Positions 53,926 through 63,153 of a DNA stretch of 64,000 nt are shown piece by piece (positions within the stretch are counted from its first letter, which is position 1; every line of letters starts with the position of its first letter). The stretch is from IMG/VR virus record IMGVR_UViG_3300021468_000001, positions 10,683 to 74,682 of that record. One strand, 5' to 3'. The DNA is from a virus. Under the pieces are notes generated by a model, which was not told the origin of the DNA, ran no database searches, and saw only the letters and a program-made list of their open reading frames with translations. The translations under genes and the position numbers were made by a program.

Positions 53926-56628
53926 TCATGACCAGATTTCATCGGTATCGTTATTATCGAATATTACTTCTTCTTCCGACCTTGACTCACCGCCTCCCAC
54001 GATTATTTCCATCAGCTTTCTCCCGATTTCGCTTTGACAATCGAAGAACCACGCTTTGCATACTTTGCCCTTTATGTTTCTGATTGTTTGCTTTTCGCCG
54101 CCAGAAGCGTGAAGAAGTCTTCCAAGAGCGTTTTTTGTGATCCGTTCCACAACCGGCCTACGGTGGCGCTTGAGGATGTTAAAAATTTGTCCGCTTGCAA
54201 TCCAAACCTGGTCATTTCTCATGCTGATGTGTATCCCGTCTTCAATTTCCCCCTCGCCATAAAGATCCATCATTTCCGAAACAAAATCATCTAGGTCGCG
54301 GTTCCCACTTCTGTCGTCCTCGCTAAGCCCGTTTTCAAGAACATCGGCAATCCCCTCGTCGCTAATTCCTAATCGTCGAAGCGCAACATCAATTAGCCAA
54401 AGTGATCGTTTTTTCCTGTCAATAACATCCTTTGGAAACTCAATTTCGTGGAGGAATGGGCGCTTTAGACTTTCTTCGATGATTGCACAGCCGAGTTTTT
54501 TTAGCGTTTTCCCGGTCTCGTTTAAGAACTTTAGCTGATCAGGGCTTCGTTCTTTACGCTGAAATTCAACAAGCACACATCGCTCTTCTAGCGCCGGATC
54601 TTCTGGAACCGACTGCGATGTAATTAACAACGGGGACCGCACTACACGTCGGACTACGGCAGTGTGGAGGCGATTTTGTCCCCGTATCGTTCCCTTGGCA
54701 TCTTTTGACCTATCATAACTCTGCCGCATCAAGTTTTTGAACCCTGCTGCTCTCAAAACGTCTTCACGAAAATCATCAAGCACTACTGGTAGGCATGAAA
54801 CGTTTGAAAGGACCCGTGCGAGCCCTTCAGTTGTTGTGTTTACAGCGGACAGAAATAACGTTTCCGCACTCGACTTCCGTGCAAAAAGATTTAGAAGCCA
54901 TCGTGCAAACGTGGATTTCCCTGCACCTTGCTCGCCTGTAATCCAAAGGAGAGGGAACCCGCCGAACATCTCCTGGATTTCATAGTACCACGGGGCCATC
55001 GTGCACCAGGCAAAAGCTATAAGTTGATGAGGGTTAAGCCCTTCACAGATTTGAGATATTGACGTTCTGTCTCCATTTACAAAGTCATCGCCCTTACTGA
55101 GAACTGAAATTCCTCCCTTCATTCCCGAACCAGAGCACGTGGGGAGATAAATCCTATCGGATTCCTCAAGGACGATAAATCCCTCTTTTGATATTCTTTG
55201 TAACCCACGGCTCGTCATAAAGCAATCTCTCCAGAGGAAAAGAGGGTCGATTATTTCTGATGGATCAGCCCTGCCATAGTAGCTGATGGCTTTTACTTCG
55301 GAGTAGTCATCTACTTTAAGTTTCTGTTGGATGAATTGCCTGTGCCGAGTAGGTGAAGATAGGTTCCAGAGTAGTTTTCTGCTACCCGTAAATCGAGAAA
55401 AGTCCTTCAAGTCGTAAACCTCTTCGGCCGGGACCGCAACCACAAAGGGTTCTCGCCCGTCAAACTCTTCTGGGTTAGGCCTGATTTTCAAAAAGAGCAC
55501 AGACGTTTGATCGTCGCCGATTTCTTCTCCGATCACGGAGAAAGTGAAGTTGGAAACTTGATGGTTGCCTGTTTCATCTGAGATGAAATAGCCCTGCGAT
55601 GTTTCTGCGAGCGGGAGGACCTGGCTACGCTGTACGTTTTCCGCTGAGAACAATCCGCTCCTAATTTCTTTGTCGATGTCTTCATTTGGGACATAGATAA
55701 AGACATTCCGCGACGCTAGCGCTGTTGCGAGTTTTTTAAGGTACTGGTTTCCGGCGTCATCGTTATCAACTGCTATCACAAACTTTTCGACTCGTGATGA
55801 AACTAGCATTTTAATTTTGTCACGTGAGACCCCGCCACATATTGCTACTGCATGGAGCCCTGCTTTTTCAAGTTGCAAGACGTCATCTTCGCCCTCTGTG
55901 ATCCAAACTTCTTTTCTATAGAGAGCATCAGAGTTGTAAAGCGGAATGTCGTGAAGCCATGCGTTCCTAGGTATCTGCGAGATCCGCTTTTTTTGATCTC
56001 CTGCAACTGCAGCGTACGTTTTGAATCGAAAGTATGCTGGTTCTCCAATTCTTAAGACAGGGAAAATAATATCTGATGTCGACCAAACAAACTGCCCGCC
56101 TTTTAGGAGTCCGCACTTACTTAATAGGTCATCCTCAAATCGTTCCCTTAAAAACTCGAAAAGCTCGGGATCGCCGAACTCATTACACGAGCACCCAATC
56201 CTCATTCGCTTTATAACATTTTCGTCATGGCCGCGCTCCTGTTTTAGGAATTCGAGCGCTCCGATCTCCTCCCCTCTCTCACTGACAATTACCCCACCGT
56301 TTTGAAGTAACTGGCTTGCCTTGTCCGCCATTAAGCGTAGGACGACCTCTTCGCGTCCCCTCTTCTTTGGACGACCGCGCTTCTCGTTCCTAATTCTTTC
56401 TAAAACCCTGGCCGCTGCAACTTGGAGGCCAGGTGTTCGACTGTCCTCGGCCAATCTTTCAATCAGCCTTCGCCACGAAAAATACTCACGGCACCCAAAG
56501 CAATAAGCATGATCATCGTAAAGCGCAAACGACGGGGTGTCGTCTTGGTGGAACGGGCAGGGTACTTTTGTTGGCCTGCTAGATGGAGGTACCCCAAAAA
56601 TACCCTCGATTTCTGACCTCAAGTCCAC
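53926..56628 (-). CDS. Primase-helicase (CHC2 Zn finger + TOPRIM + DUF927-like P-loop ATPase)
   Basis: CPFH..TPS..CFGC; EGEDD; DNDDAG; GEQGAGKST; VVLDD; GTG start at 56628 with GGAGG. Confidence 0.9.
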   Translation of the reverse strand: MDLRSEIEGIFGVPPSSRPTKVPCPFHQDDTPSFALYDDHAYCFGCREYFSWRRLIERLAEDSRTPGLQVAAARVLERIRNEKRGRPKKRGREEVVLRLMADKASQLLQNGGVIVSERGEEIGALEFLKQERGHDENVIKRMRIGCSCNEFGDPELFEFLRERFEDDLLSKCGLLKGGQFVWSTSDIIFPVLRIGEPAYFRFKTYAAVAGDQKKRISQIPRNAWLHDIPLYNSDALYRKEVWITEGEDDVLQLEKAGLHAVAICGGVSRDKIKMLVSSRVEKFVIAVDNDDAGNQYLKKLATALASRNVFIYVPNEDIDKEIRSGLFSAENVQRSQVLPLAETSQGYFISDETGNHQVSNFTFSVIGEEIGDDQTSVLFLKIRPNPEEFDGREPFVVAVPAEEVYDLKDFSRFTGSRKLLWNLSSPTRHRQFIQQKLKVDDYSEVKAISYYGRADPSEIIDPLFLWRDCFMTSRGLQRISKEGFIVLEESDRIYLPTCSGSGMKGGISVLSKGDDFVNGDRTSISQICEGLNPHQLIAFAWCTMAPWYYEIQEMFGGFPLLWITGEQGAGKSTFARWLLNLFARKSSAETLFLSAVNTTTEGLARVLSNVSCLPVVLDDFREDVLRAAGFKNLMRQSYDRSKDAKGTIRGQNRLHTAVVRRVVRSPLLITSQSVPEDPALEERCVLVEFQRKERSPDQLKFLNETGKTLKKLGCAIIEESLKRPFLHEIEFPKDVIDRKKRSLWLIDVALRRLGISDEGIADVLENGLSEDDRSGNRDLDDFVSEMMDLYGEGEIEDGIHISMRNDQVWIASGQIFNILKRHRRPVVERITKNALGRLLHASGGEKQTIRNIKGKVCKAWFFDCQSEIGRKLMEIIVGGGESRSEEEVIFDNNDTDEIWS

Positions 56629-56664
56629 GGGAGCCCCTCCCCTACGGTTGGACGAATCAAATTG

Positions 56665-56693
56665 ATTGTAGTGCGTTCTCAAAGGAACGTCAA
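56665..56693 (-). promoter_or_regulatory. sigma70-type promoter of primase-helicase
   Basis: TTGACG-17nt-TACAAT. Confidence 0.8.
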
Positions 56694-56754
56694 GTGCTTT
56701 TTCTTTTTTTTTCTGACGCCATCTTCCCGGGACGCCCAAAACGGCGTTTTTGGG

Positions 56755-57070
56755 GGTTTTTAGGTTACAAATGCCCTTTTGTAACCTTATTTTTTAGCAC
56801 CGGTTACACGTAACCCATTGTCATACAACGAGATAACCGTTGTAACCATGTAACCGGTGGTTATGCACGTGTATAAGACGGGAAGAAAATAAAAATAAAA
56901 AAGAGTGACGGCGTCTATTTTATTTTTTCGTCCCCCCTATATATATATATGTTTGTAGAAAAAGGTAACTAGGTAACAGATTCTTCTTCTTCTTAGACGC
57001 CGCCTGAAAAAATTGATGTTACCGATGTCGTTACCGAATCATATTTGTAACCGGTTAAGGGTTACGGCGA
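56755..57070. repeat. Probable replication origin with GTAAC/GTTAC iterons and AT-rich core
   Basis: About 12 GTAAC/GTTAC copies in both orientations flanking A/T tracts and (TA)n at ~56938-56950; non-coding, next to primase-helicase. Confidence 0.8.
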
Positions 57071-57305
57071 CAGTGTTCTTTATATTCGCGCGGACTACTA
57101 TTTAGATCCGCCCGTATTCGGGCGTGCGTTCCGAACGTTCGAGTATGGATGCGAAACCGCGAGTTCGGGCGGCAGGGCCGTGACTACGGGACGATTTCGA
57201 CAGGGGCGACCCCAAACCCCACTGCGTAAAAATCGTCCGCCAGGTCCGATTTTTCGCCCGTATTCGGGCGCGCGCGTCCCAAGAGAAGGATGTTCGCCCG
57301 TCCCG

Positions 57306-57809
57306 TTATAGAAAATCGCCGTTCACTGACTCTAACGGTTCGTATTGCACTACTCGCGTAATCCATTCCCGCCCGTATTTCGTTTTTTCTCCAAGGGGCA
57401 ACCTTTTCGTTTTCAGCGTTAAACGCAATGCCATTTCGCCTTTCACGTCCAGGTCCTCTGGCCTCAAGTGTTTTTTCTTTTTGTTCTTTACAGCATCCTC
57501 AATCCCAATTGCCCTAAGAAACTCAATGAGTTTTTTTGTAAGCCATATTCTTCTACGGTCATCTGTCCATAGCACCACGTAGTCAGTCACACGCTGTTTT
57601 CCCTCGCTTGGAAGAACGAAGTGGATGCGCCATGCATACTCGATTCCTGGTAACCCGTCTGGCCTTCGAACCTTTCGTTTTACTGGTTCTATCTTTTCCA
57701 CCTTTGCTTCATATTCGCCATCCTTAATCGGGCTTGCCATTTCGCGCCGATTCCAACGGATAGTAATTTCGATGTCCGGCGAATTGTCAATAGGGCGGTC
57801 CGTCACCAT
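57306..57809 (-). CDS. DUF669-like / SSB-like OB-fold protein
   Basis: PIKDGEYEAKVEKIE..IHF..DY..FLRAIG. Confidence 0.6.
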   Translation of the reverse strand: MVTDRPIDNSPDIEITIRWNRREMASPIKDGEYEAKVEKIEPVKRKVRRPDGLPGIEYAWRIHFVLPSEGKQRVTDYVVLWTDDRRRIWLTKKLIEFLRAIGIEDAVKNKKKKHLRPEDLDVKGEMALRLTLKTKRLPLGEKTKYGREWITRVVQYEPLESVNGDFL

Positions 57810-58266
57810 TTTCCGATCTCCAACTTTCACTTGCGAGATCTCTGATTTCTTTGTCGATCAGTCGCAAAAACTCCATAATCGGCGAAATATAGTATGAGAG
57901 ATCGCGATCAAATAATGCGCAATGTGGGGCATTGCTTTCAGATTCTGGATGGTCGGCCGGGCGATACGCACGGCAAATTGGCCGGACAGCGTTGATTTCG
58001 TGACAGGGCCGCTGAAAGAATGGGCAGATACGCACCTGTGTATTGCGTCCAGTTTCGCAATAATGAAGCATACCTTCCTTATAAAGACGAGCACGGAGTT
58101 TGTCAACATCATACTGGCTTTTAACTTCCGGTGATAAGAGTTGTAGAAAATGACGCCTGCGTGCGGCGGTTAGGCCAATCTTAAAGATTGCGGCGGCGAC
58201 TTTGTCGGTATCGTGCTGTAACGCCGCTTCGAGGCGCTCTTTGTGGACGCTCTTTTGTTTCTCCAT
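57787..58266 (-). CDS. Hypothetical protein with Cys4 module
   Basis: CPFFQRPC..C..HC. Confidence 0.6.
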   Translation of the reverse strand: MEKQKSVHKERLEAALQHDTDKVAAAIFKIGLTAARRRHFLQLLSPEVKSQYDVDKLRARLYKEGMLHYCETGRNTQVRICPFFQRPCHEINAVRPICRAYRPADHPESESNAPHCALFDRDLSYYISPIMEFLRLIDKEIRDLASESWRSENGDGPPY

Positions 58267-58305
58267 TGTGCACACCTCTCTCTTCCAGTTACAATCCTCA
58301 GTATA

Positions 58306-59400
58306 TTACTCCTTTGGTAGCCCAAACATGATAGCAATATTTTGCCATCTCACTTCACGACGGAAAGCACGGATTTCTCCGTCTGTCCAGTTTGGGTGGA
58401 TATAGTAACTGCCTCTGGTTTGTACCTTCACCTGAGGCATGTAGTTATCGAATAAGCTATCGAGAGGGCGAAAGCGGCAATCCGCAACTCGGACTTTCCA
58501 GCGCCAACAGAAGTCTAACTTTTGCTTCAGCTCTTCATACGTTATCGTGTAATTGTAAAGCATGAAGACGAATATGTCTTTTGCACGGTACCCTGCGGAA
58601 AGCAAAACCTGGACCTGGTTTTGTATCCTTTTGTGTTCGGATACAGGTCCATCCCAGGCTATGCGCGGAGTGTGGAACCGGGCCTTTTTGAGTAGTCGCG
58701 CGAGATGCGGCTTCTCTTCTAAAATGCGCCCGTCTAAGCCGCTTTGACTTTCGCACTTGACCTGATAACGGCTATAGGGAGTACCTTTAGAGAACCCGAA
58801 CTCTATTATCTCTCCCAAAATGTTCTCTATTCGCGGATTAGCAAGAAGGTTGTTGTCATAGAAAATCAATTTGGGCTTGACGATCTCGTTTCTAATGCTG
58901 CTTTTCCACGTAAAGCGCGGTTCAATTTTCCACACGCCGCAAAAGGGGCAACGCCGCGGGCACCCCCTGGAAGCGTGGATTACCTGATAGTCTACGTCTT
59001 CGGGAAGGAGAGAAAAGTCAATCCGCTCCATTTCTGCGATGCCTCCCTTGTAAAGCCCAACATATACTTCGTCACACTCGGTTACTCTTCGGCATTCGTC
59101 CGGCATAAGCGACGCGAAAATTCCGCCGACCACAACTCGCGCTCCAGGGAATAGTCGTTTATAGTGCCTGACCGTTCTGGCAACGTAGCCAGACCAGTAC
59201 GTGAAGAGAGAGGAGACCATAACAATATCGGGATCAAAGAAGACTTTCTTTTTGGGGAGGTCCCCGCGCACCAGTTGAACCGAGTCTCCGAGTCGCTTGT
59301 GATAACTACCGATTTTTAACAGGCCGATAGGAAAGAAGTGCTTGTGGTTTTTACTTTTGCGCGATACCGGGAAAGGGGGTTCAACAAGCAAAATGTTCAT
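58306..59400 (-). CDS. Radical SAM protein with B12-binding-like N-terminus
   Basis: PIGLLKIG, VVVGGIFAS, SRGCPRRCPFC, YDNN, GLD. Confidence 0.9.
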   Translation of the reverse strand: MNILLVEPPFPVSRKSKNHKHFFPIGLLKIGSYHKRLGDSVQLVRGDLPKKKVFFDPDIVMVSSLFTYWSGYVARTVRHYKRLFPGARVVVGGIFASLMPDECRRVTECDEVYVGLYKGGIAEMERIDFSLLPEDVDYQVIHASRGCPRRCPFCGVWKIEPRFTWKSSIRNEIVKPKLIFYDNNLLANPRIENILGEIIEFGFSKGTPYSRYQVKCESQSGLDGRILEEKPHLARLLKKARFHTPRIAWDGPVSEHKRIQNQVQVLLSAGYRAKDIFVFMLYNYTITYEELKQKLDFCWRWKVRVADCRFRPLDSLFDNYMPQVKVQTRGSYYIHPNWTDGEIRAFRREVRWQNIAIMFGLPKE

Positions 59401-59439
59401 TCTTACCGCATTCCTTATCTTGTGGCTACAAGAGGTCTT

Positions 59440-59688
59440 CTACTCCCCGGCCTTTTTCGTCTGTGTCACCCTGACCGCAAACTCGTCGCCAGTCGCAAAC
59501 CTGACGACTATGCCATTGCCAAGATGTTCAGGTTCGACTTCCCAATAAGACTTCACGTCTTTAATCACAGGTGCGTTACAGACACCAAGGGCGTGCGCAG
59601 GGTCTTCGCCCTTGATGAAGTAGTAGAAGATTGCGCGCAGGAATCCCTCAAACCACGCCTCTGTCGGCGTCGCATGCCCTTCGCCCAT
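59440..59688 (-). CDS. Hypothetical protein
   Basis: RBS; GIVVRFATGDEF motif. Confidence 0.65.
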   Translation of the reverse strand: MGEGHATPTEAWFEGFLRAIFYYFIKGEDPAHALGVCNAPVIKDVKSYWEVEPEHLGNGIVVRFATGDEFAVRVTQTKKAGE

Positions 59689-59699
59689 CGCTTTGCCCC

Positions 59700-59927
59700 C
59701 TAAAGCCTGTCCACCATCTCTCGAAGTTCGGCCTTCAAATCAGATAGTTCGCCAGACGACCTCACTCCCAAAGCGCGAATGGCAACTTCAGCTATCCGAC
59801 TGGCAAACTCAATACGTTCGTCGCCATCGTAAACCTTGTGGCGAGCGTGAAATCGGAAAGTGCGAAGATAGCCAGCGAGTTCCTCTACCTTCGACATGTA
59901 AACCACATTCACCATGTCGCTATCCAT
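59700..59927 (-). CDS. Hypothetical protein
   Basis: AGGAGGCCGAAGCGATG. Confidence 0.65.
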   Translation of the reverse strand: MDSDMVNVVYMSKVEELAGYLRTFRFHARHKVYDGDERIEFASRIAEVAIRALGVRSSGELSDLKAELREMVDRL

Positions 59928-59957
59928 CGCTTCGGCCTCCTAAAAGAGCGCCAAATG

Positions 59958-60410
59958 TTACTCGCCTCTTGCACGTAACGCTTTCGCCGGATACAGGGCT
60001 ATTACATCCCCATTCCTTGCGATTTGCAGATAGTCCCTTGCGGGCAGTTCAAACTTGCGAATATCGCCTGGCTGAAGTGTCGTAGTCCATCGCTTTACTA
60101 TCCGCCCTGCGGAAAATACACTGCTCGTCAGCGTTACGCGCGAAACCGTGACCGCATAATCGTTTGTGTTGTGTAATGTGCCGCGTATGGTGCAAATGCT
60201 CATAATCCCTTCGATTTGGACGCCTTGTATATTTCTCGAAAAGGGTTCTGTGTGAAGGCACGACCATGCGGCAGTACATAAACAGATGACGGCTCCAGCG
60301 ATAAGCACTATGCCCACTTTCTTTTTCTGCTCCGGGCCCAAAAGAAAGATGCCCAAAAAGGCAAGTGCGTACCCCAATACGAACCCAAATCCAAAAAGCA
60401 CTTCCATCAT
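59958..60410 (-). CDS. Membrane protein with FxLYD-like Ig-fold domain
   Basis: Two TM segments, then IRGTLHNT..LQPGD..FEL. Confidence 0.68.
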   Translation of the reverse strand: MMEVLFGFGFVLGYALAFLGIFLLGPEQKKKVGIVLIAGAVICLCTAAWSCLHTEPFSRNIQGVQIEGIMSICTIRGTLHNTNDYAVTVSRVTLTSSVFSAGRIVKRWTTTLQPGDIRKFELPARDYLQIARNGDVIALYPAKALRARGE

Positions 60411-60420
60411 CTCGACTTCC

Positions 60421-60461
60421 TAAAAAGCGCCGACCCCGCTGCATTCAGGTCGCGGGGCCGA
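60421..60461 (-). terminator. Terminator closing the ncRNA
   Basis: GTCGGCCCCGC/GCGGGGTCGGC stem then GCTTTTT. Confidence 0.7.
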
Positions 60462-60757
60462 CTGCATTTGTGCGGCACACGGGGAAGGGCGATTGCACCA
60501 GAGCGGCGAGACTGGCCAAGTCCCGGTCGCCGCCTTCCCCGTGCCCGCGGCATATTTACTGTAACGCGGTGAGGTCGTCGCCTCTCCGCGTCGTTCATTG
60601 CGCACAGGCAGGGAAGACGCTTGGCGACTCCCCTGCCCACGCAGCGCAACGTTGCGGCTGACGCTGCTCGAAAGAACAACGCCAGTGCCCTTTCCACACA
60701 TGGTGGACGGGCCATAAGCGCGACCTACTACCGCCCTTCGGCGGGGTCGTGTCACGC
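60421..60757 (-). ncRNA. Putative ~335-nt structured ncRNA of unknown class
   Basis: Own promoter and terminator; seven consecutive hairpin domains; wobble pairs specify the minus strand. Confidence 0.75.
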
Positions 60758-60763
60758 AGGATA

Positions 60764-60792
60764 AGGATAACACAGGGGCGTTCATTTGTCAA
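60764..60792 (-). promoter_or_regulatory. sigma70-type promoter of the ncRNA
   Basis: TTGACA-17nt-TATCCT. Confidence 0.8.
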
Positions 60793-61088
60793 GCCCTTCT
60801 CCCCAACCGGTCCCACTCCTCCAGCGTCATGCGCATTCCCTTTAATTTTCTGATGGCGACTTTGGTTCGACGGCGCTTTATGTCATCGATAATTTCTTCA
60901 AGGAAGTCGCTAATCGCGTAGTTCCAATTATAGTCGATAGCGCAAAATCGACAACAGCGCTTGCCGTCGCCTCTTCCATCGCTCCAGGCATCGCTTTCCA
61001 TCAAACAGTATTTGCAGACCAGTTCTCCGCAACCGTGACAACGTTCGGTTGCGCTATCACCCTTGCAACAAGAGCACGTATTAGGCAT
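60789..61088 (-). CDS. Zn-finger protein
   Basis: CSCC, CHGC, CKYC, CRFC. Confidence 0.7.
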   Translation of the reverse strand: MPNTCSCCKGDSATERCHGCGELVCKYCLMESDAWSDGRGDGKRCCRFCAIDYNWNYAISDFLEEIIDDIKRRRTKVAIRKLKGMRMTLEEWDRLGRRA

Positions 61089-61478
61089 CTACTCTTCCTC
61101 CAATTCTGCCCAAGGATTATCATGGAAAGCCCTGTAAAGGGGCCGCAACAAGTCGGCGTTTTCTTCCACAAACTTCAACACGGGGCCACTGAATGTTGGA
61201 AGGCCAACTACGCAGGCAAAGGCATAGAGACGAAAAGGGAAAGGAATCAGCCACGCGATTGCATTCAAGGCCCAGTTGATTATTCTTTCTATTTCGTATC
61301 CCCTTTCTTCCCACTCCTTAAATTCGCCCAGTCGCCGCGCCCACTCTTTCTCATCTACTTTACACATCATCGTCTTATGTGCTGCTCGTTTCACTCTATC
61401 CCATTCTCGCGCTTGCGCAGCGGCTGCGATAATGTCCTCTTCTTTTAAGTTGCCAAAGGGGGTTTTACCTTCCTGCAT
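61089..61478 (-). CDS. Hypothetical protein
   Basis: GAGG RBS. Confidence 0.65.
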   Translation of the reverse strand: MQEGKTPFGNLKEEDIIAAAAQAREWDRVKRAAHKTMMCKVDEKEWARRLGEFKEWEERGYEIERIINWALNAIAWLIPFPFRLYAFACVVGLPTFSGPVLKFVEENADLLRPLYRAFHDNPWAELEEE

Positions 61479-61488
61479 CTTTCCTCTC

Positions 61489-61854
61489 CTATTTTACTTC
61501 GTCTCCAGCCTTTTTCTGGCTCTGGGAACCTTCACGCCGCTGTCTTCGCTTTTGCTCTTCTGCACGCTTTCTTTTTGCTTCCTGATAAGCAGTTGAATAC
61601 CCCCACCCGAGGGCCCATTCAACTAACGTTTCCCCAAGTAGCATACTCGCAACCATATTCCCTGCGAAGTTTTTGTTTAGGAACAACTGGCTTGCGGCCT
61701 TTGCTATCGGCTCCCAAGGATTACGACTGTCCCCGCTCGTTTTTGCTTCCGCGAGCATTTCTTTATTTGCCCCATTTTCGCATAAAACTCGAAGCGTGGC
61801 TTCATAATGAAGCCCCTTTCCCCGCTCCTTAAAATCCACAGAGATCTTCATCAC
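61489..61854 (-). CDS. Hypothetical protein
   Basis: AGGAGG RBS. Confidence 0.65.
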   Translation of the reverse strand: MMKISVDFKERGKGLHYEATLRVLCENGANKEMLAEAKTSGDSRNPWEPIAKAASQLFLNKNFAGNMVASMLLGETLVEWALGWGYSTAYQEAKRKRAEEQKRRQRREGSQSQKKAGDEVK

Positions 61855-61867
61855 TCAATCTCCTCCT

Positions 61868-61934
61868 AAAAACGCACCGCCCCCGACCCGACTCCGGCAG
61901 GGGTTGGAGAGGACCGAAGGTCAGAGGCGGTGCT
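61868..61934 (-). terminator. Long hairpin/terminator with C-rich loop
   Basis: 15-bp GCACCGCCTCTGACC/GGTCGGGGGCGGTGC stem plus TTTTT. Confidence 0.6.
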
Positions 61935-62015
61935 CCAGTCCACCAAATGGTAGGTGCTATTAGGGTAGCGTTTGTGCAACAACTCCCCATACCGCATTCC
62001 CGCATAGGCAGCCTC

Positions 62016-62252
62016 CTATTGCGCGTTGTCCCCTGCCGGAGCCCTTCGAGAGAAGTAAATATGTTCTATGAGTTGACGCAGCATTTCTTTTGCTTCGTCG
62101 TCAAGTATTTCTTCAGGGAACATGCGATAAATACTGTGCACACGAATATCACTATCCCATGCCAGTAAAGCCATGCCGCTGATGATGTTCCAGTTGATTT
62201 CAATTCCCTCTCGCATGTTGCCCCGGTTAATTTCGAGTTTCTCCCGCATCAT
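62016..62252 (-). CDS. Hypothetical protein
   Basis: AGGAGG RBS. Confidence 0.55.
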   Translation of the reverse strand: MMREKLEINRGNMREGIEINWNIISGMALLAWDSDIRVHSIYRMFPEEILDDEAKEMLRQLIEHIYFSRRAPAGDNAQ

Positions 62253-62511
62253 CCATCCTCCTATTGAGTTCGAGTATTTCGCGAGCTATACGCTTACCTA
62301 TTGGAGAGCCACCCATCGCAATACATTGCGTTGGTGTTGCCGTGGAGGCTACAAAAGCCTCCGCACGACCGCACCCCCCACGTTTCGCGCTCCGGGTGCT
62401 CGCAAACAAATCTTTTTCGGCCGTTTTCCAGCACTATAGGCTTGCGGAACCTGCATTTGGACACCCTGCATTCGGATACCTTGCGCCTTCGCCGTTTTAG
62501 CAATCGCCGCT

Positions 62512-62733
62512 TCACGGCTTTTCCTCTTGATACGGCCTGATTTCCGCCCAAGCGATGGGATCGTCGGGTGATTGAAAAGGGGTGCCGCACATAGTCCAAG
62601 CCGGTTCGTCATCGTTAATGTCTTCCCATCGGACCACGTAGATACCATCTGGGAAAGTTCCCAAAATCTGCCGCCCATCCTTCGGCGGCGGCTTATCCTC
62701 ACTTCTAATCCAGGGACCAGCGGCAAACATCAT
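62512..62733 (-). CDS. DUF551-like protein (paralog 1)
   Basis: GPWIRSEDKPPPKDG..IL..W..P.AWAEI. Confidence 0.72.
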   Translation of the reverse strand: MMFAAGPWIRSEDKPPPKDGRQILGTFPDGIYVVRWEDINDDEPAWTMCGTPFQSPDDPIAWAEIRPYQEEKP

Positions 62734-63143
62734 TGCGTTTCTCCTTTATAGCAGGCCAAAAATTTTTCAAGAACCTTGATTATGTGAGGCGGCAATTCAA
62801 CATCATCCATTTTCTCTCCGGCGTCAAACACAATCTGTTTCCGTTTGGGCACGATGATAATGCGGTCAATATTGACCATGCTGCAACGCTTGAAGGGAAG
62901 CCACGCTTTTTCTTCTACTTCTCCGTTGTAGTCCTTAACCTCTGCCCAAACAACAGGGTCCTCTTCAATCCCTGTCATTGGCCCTATTGTCCAGCACCGG
63001 TCATCTTCATCGTCGGCCAGAAGCGGGCGTTCCCACGCGGTCAAAAACATTCCACACCCCGCGAATATCCCCAGAACAAGCGAGCCGTCTTTCGGCGGCG
63101 GCCTCTGCTCACTCCGATACCATGGTCCAGCTGCGGTACTCAT
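62730..63143 (-). CDS. DUF551-like protein (paralog 2, extended)
   Basis: GPWYRSEQRPPPKDG..VL..W..PVVWAEV. Confidence 0.72.
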   Translation of the reverse strand: MSTAAGPWYRSEQRPPPKDGSLVLGIFAGCGMFLTAWERPLLADDEDDRCWTIGPMTGIEEDPVVWAEVKDYNGEVEEKAWLPFKRCSMVNIDRIIIVPKRKQIVFDAGEKMDDVELPPHIIKVLEKFLACYKGETQ

Positions 63144-63153
63144 CTGGCCCCTC

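Noticed and set aside
56629-56739. N-terminal extension of the primase-helicase in the ORF track
   Set aside because: Contains the promoter and RBS; the GTG at 56628 is the better start
60421-60757. tmRNA, RNase P, tRNA or 6S identity
   Set aside because: No acceptor stem/T-arm/CCA end, no RNase P P4 consensus, and no single long 6S-like rod
60407-60816. Protein-coding ORFs 60420-60785, 60407-60715 and 60595-60816
   Set aside because: No convincing RBS; the 60785 start lies within the promoter spacer; composition is explained by RNA stems
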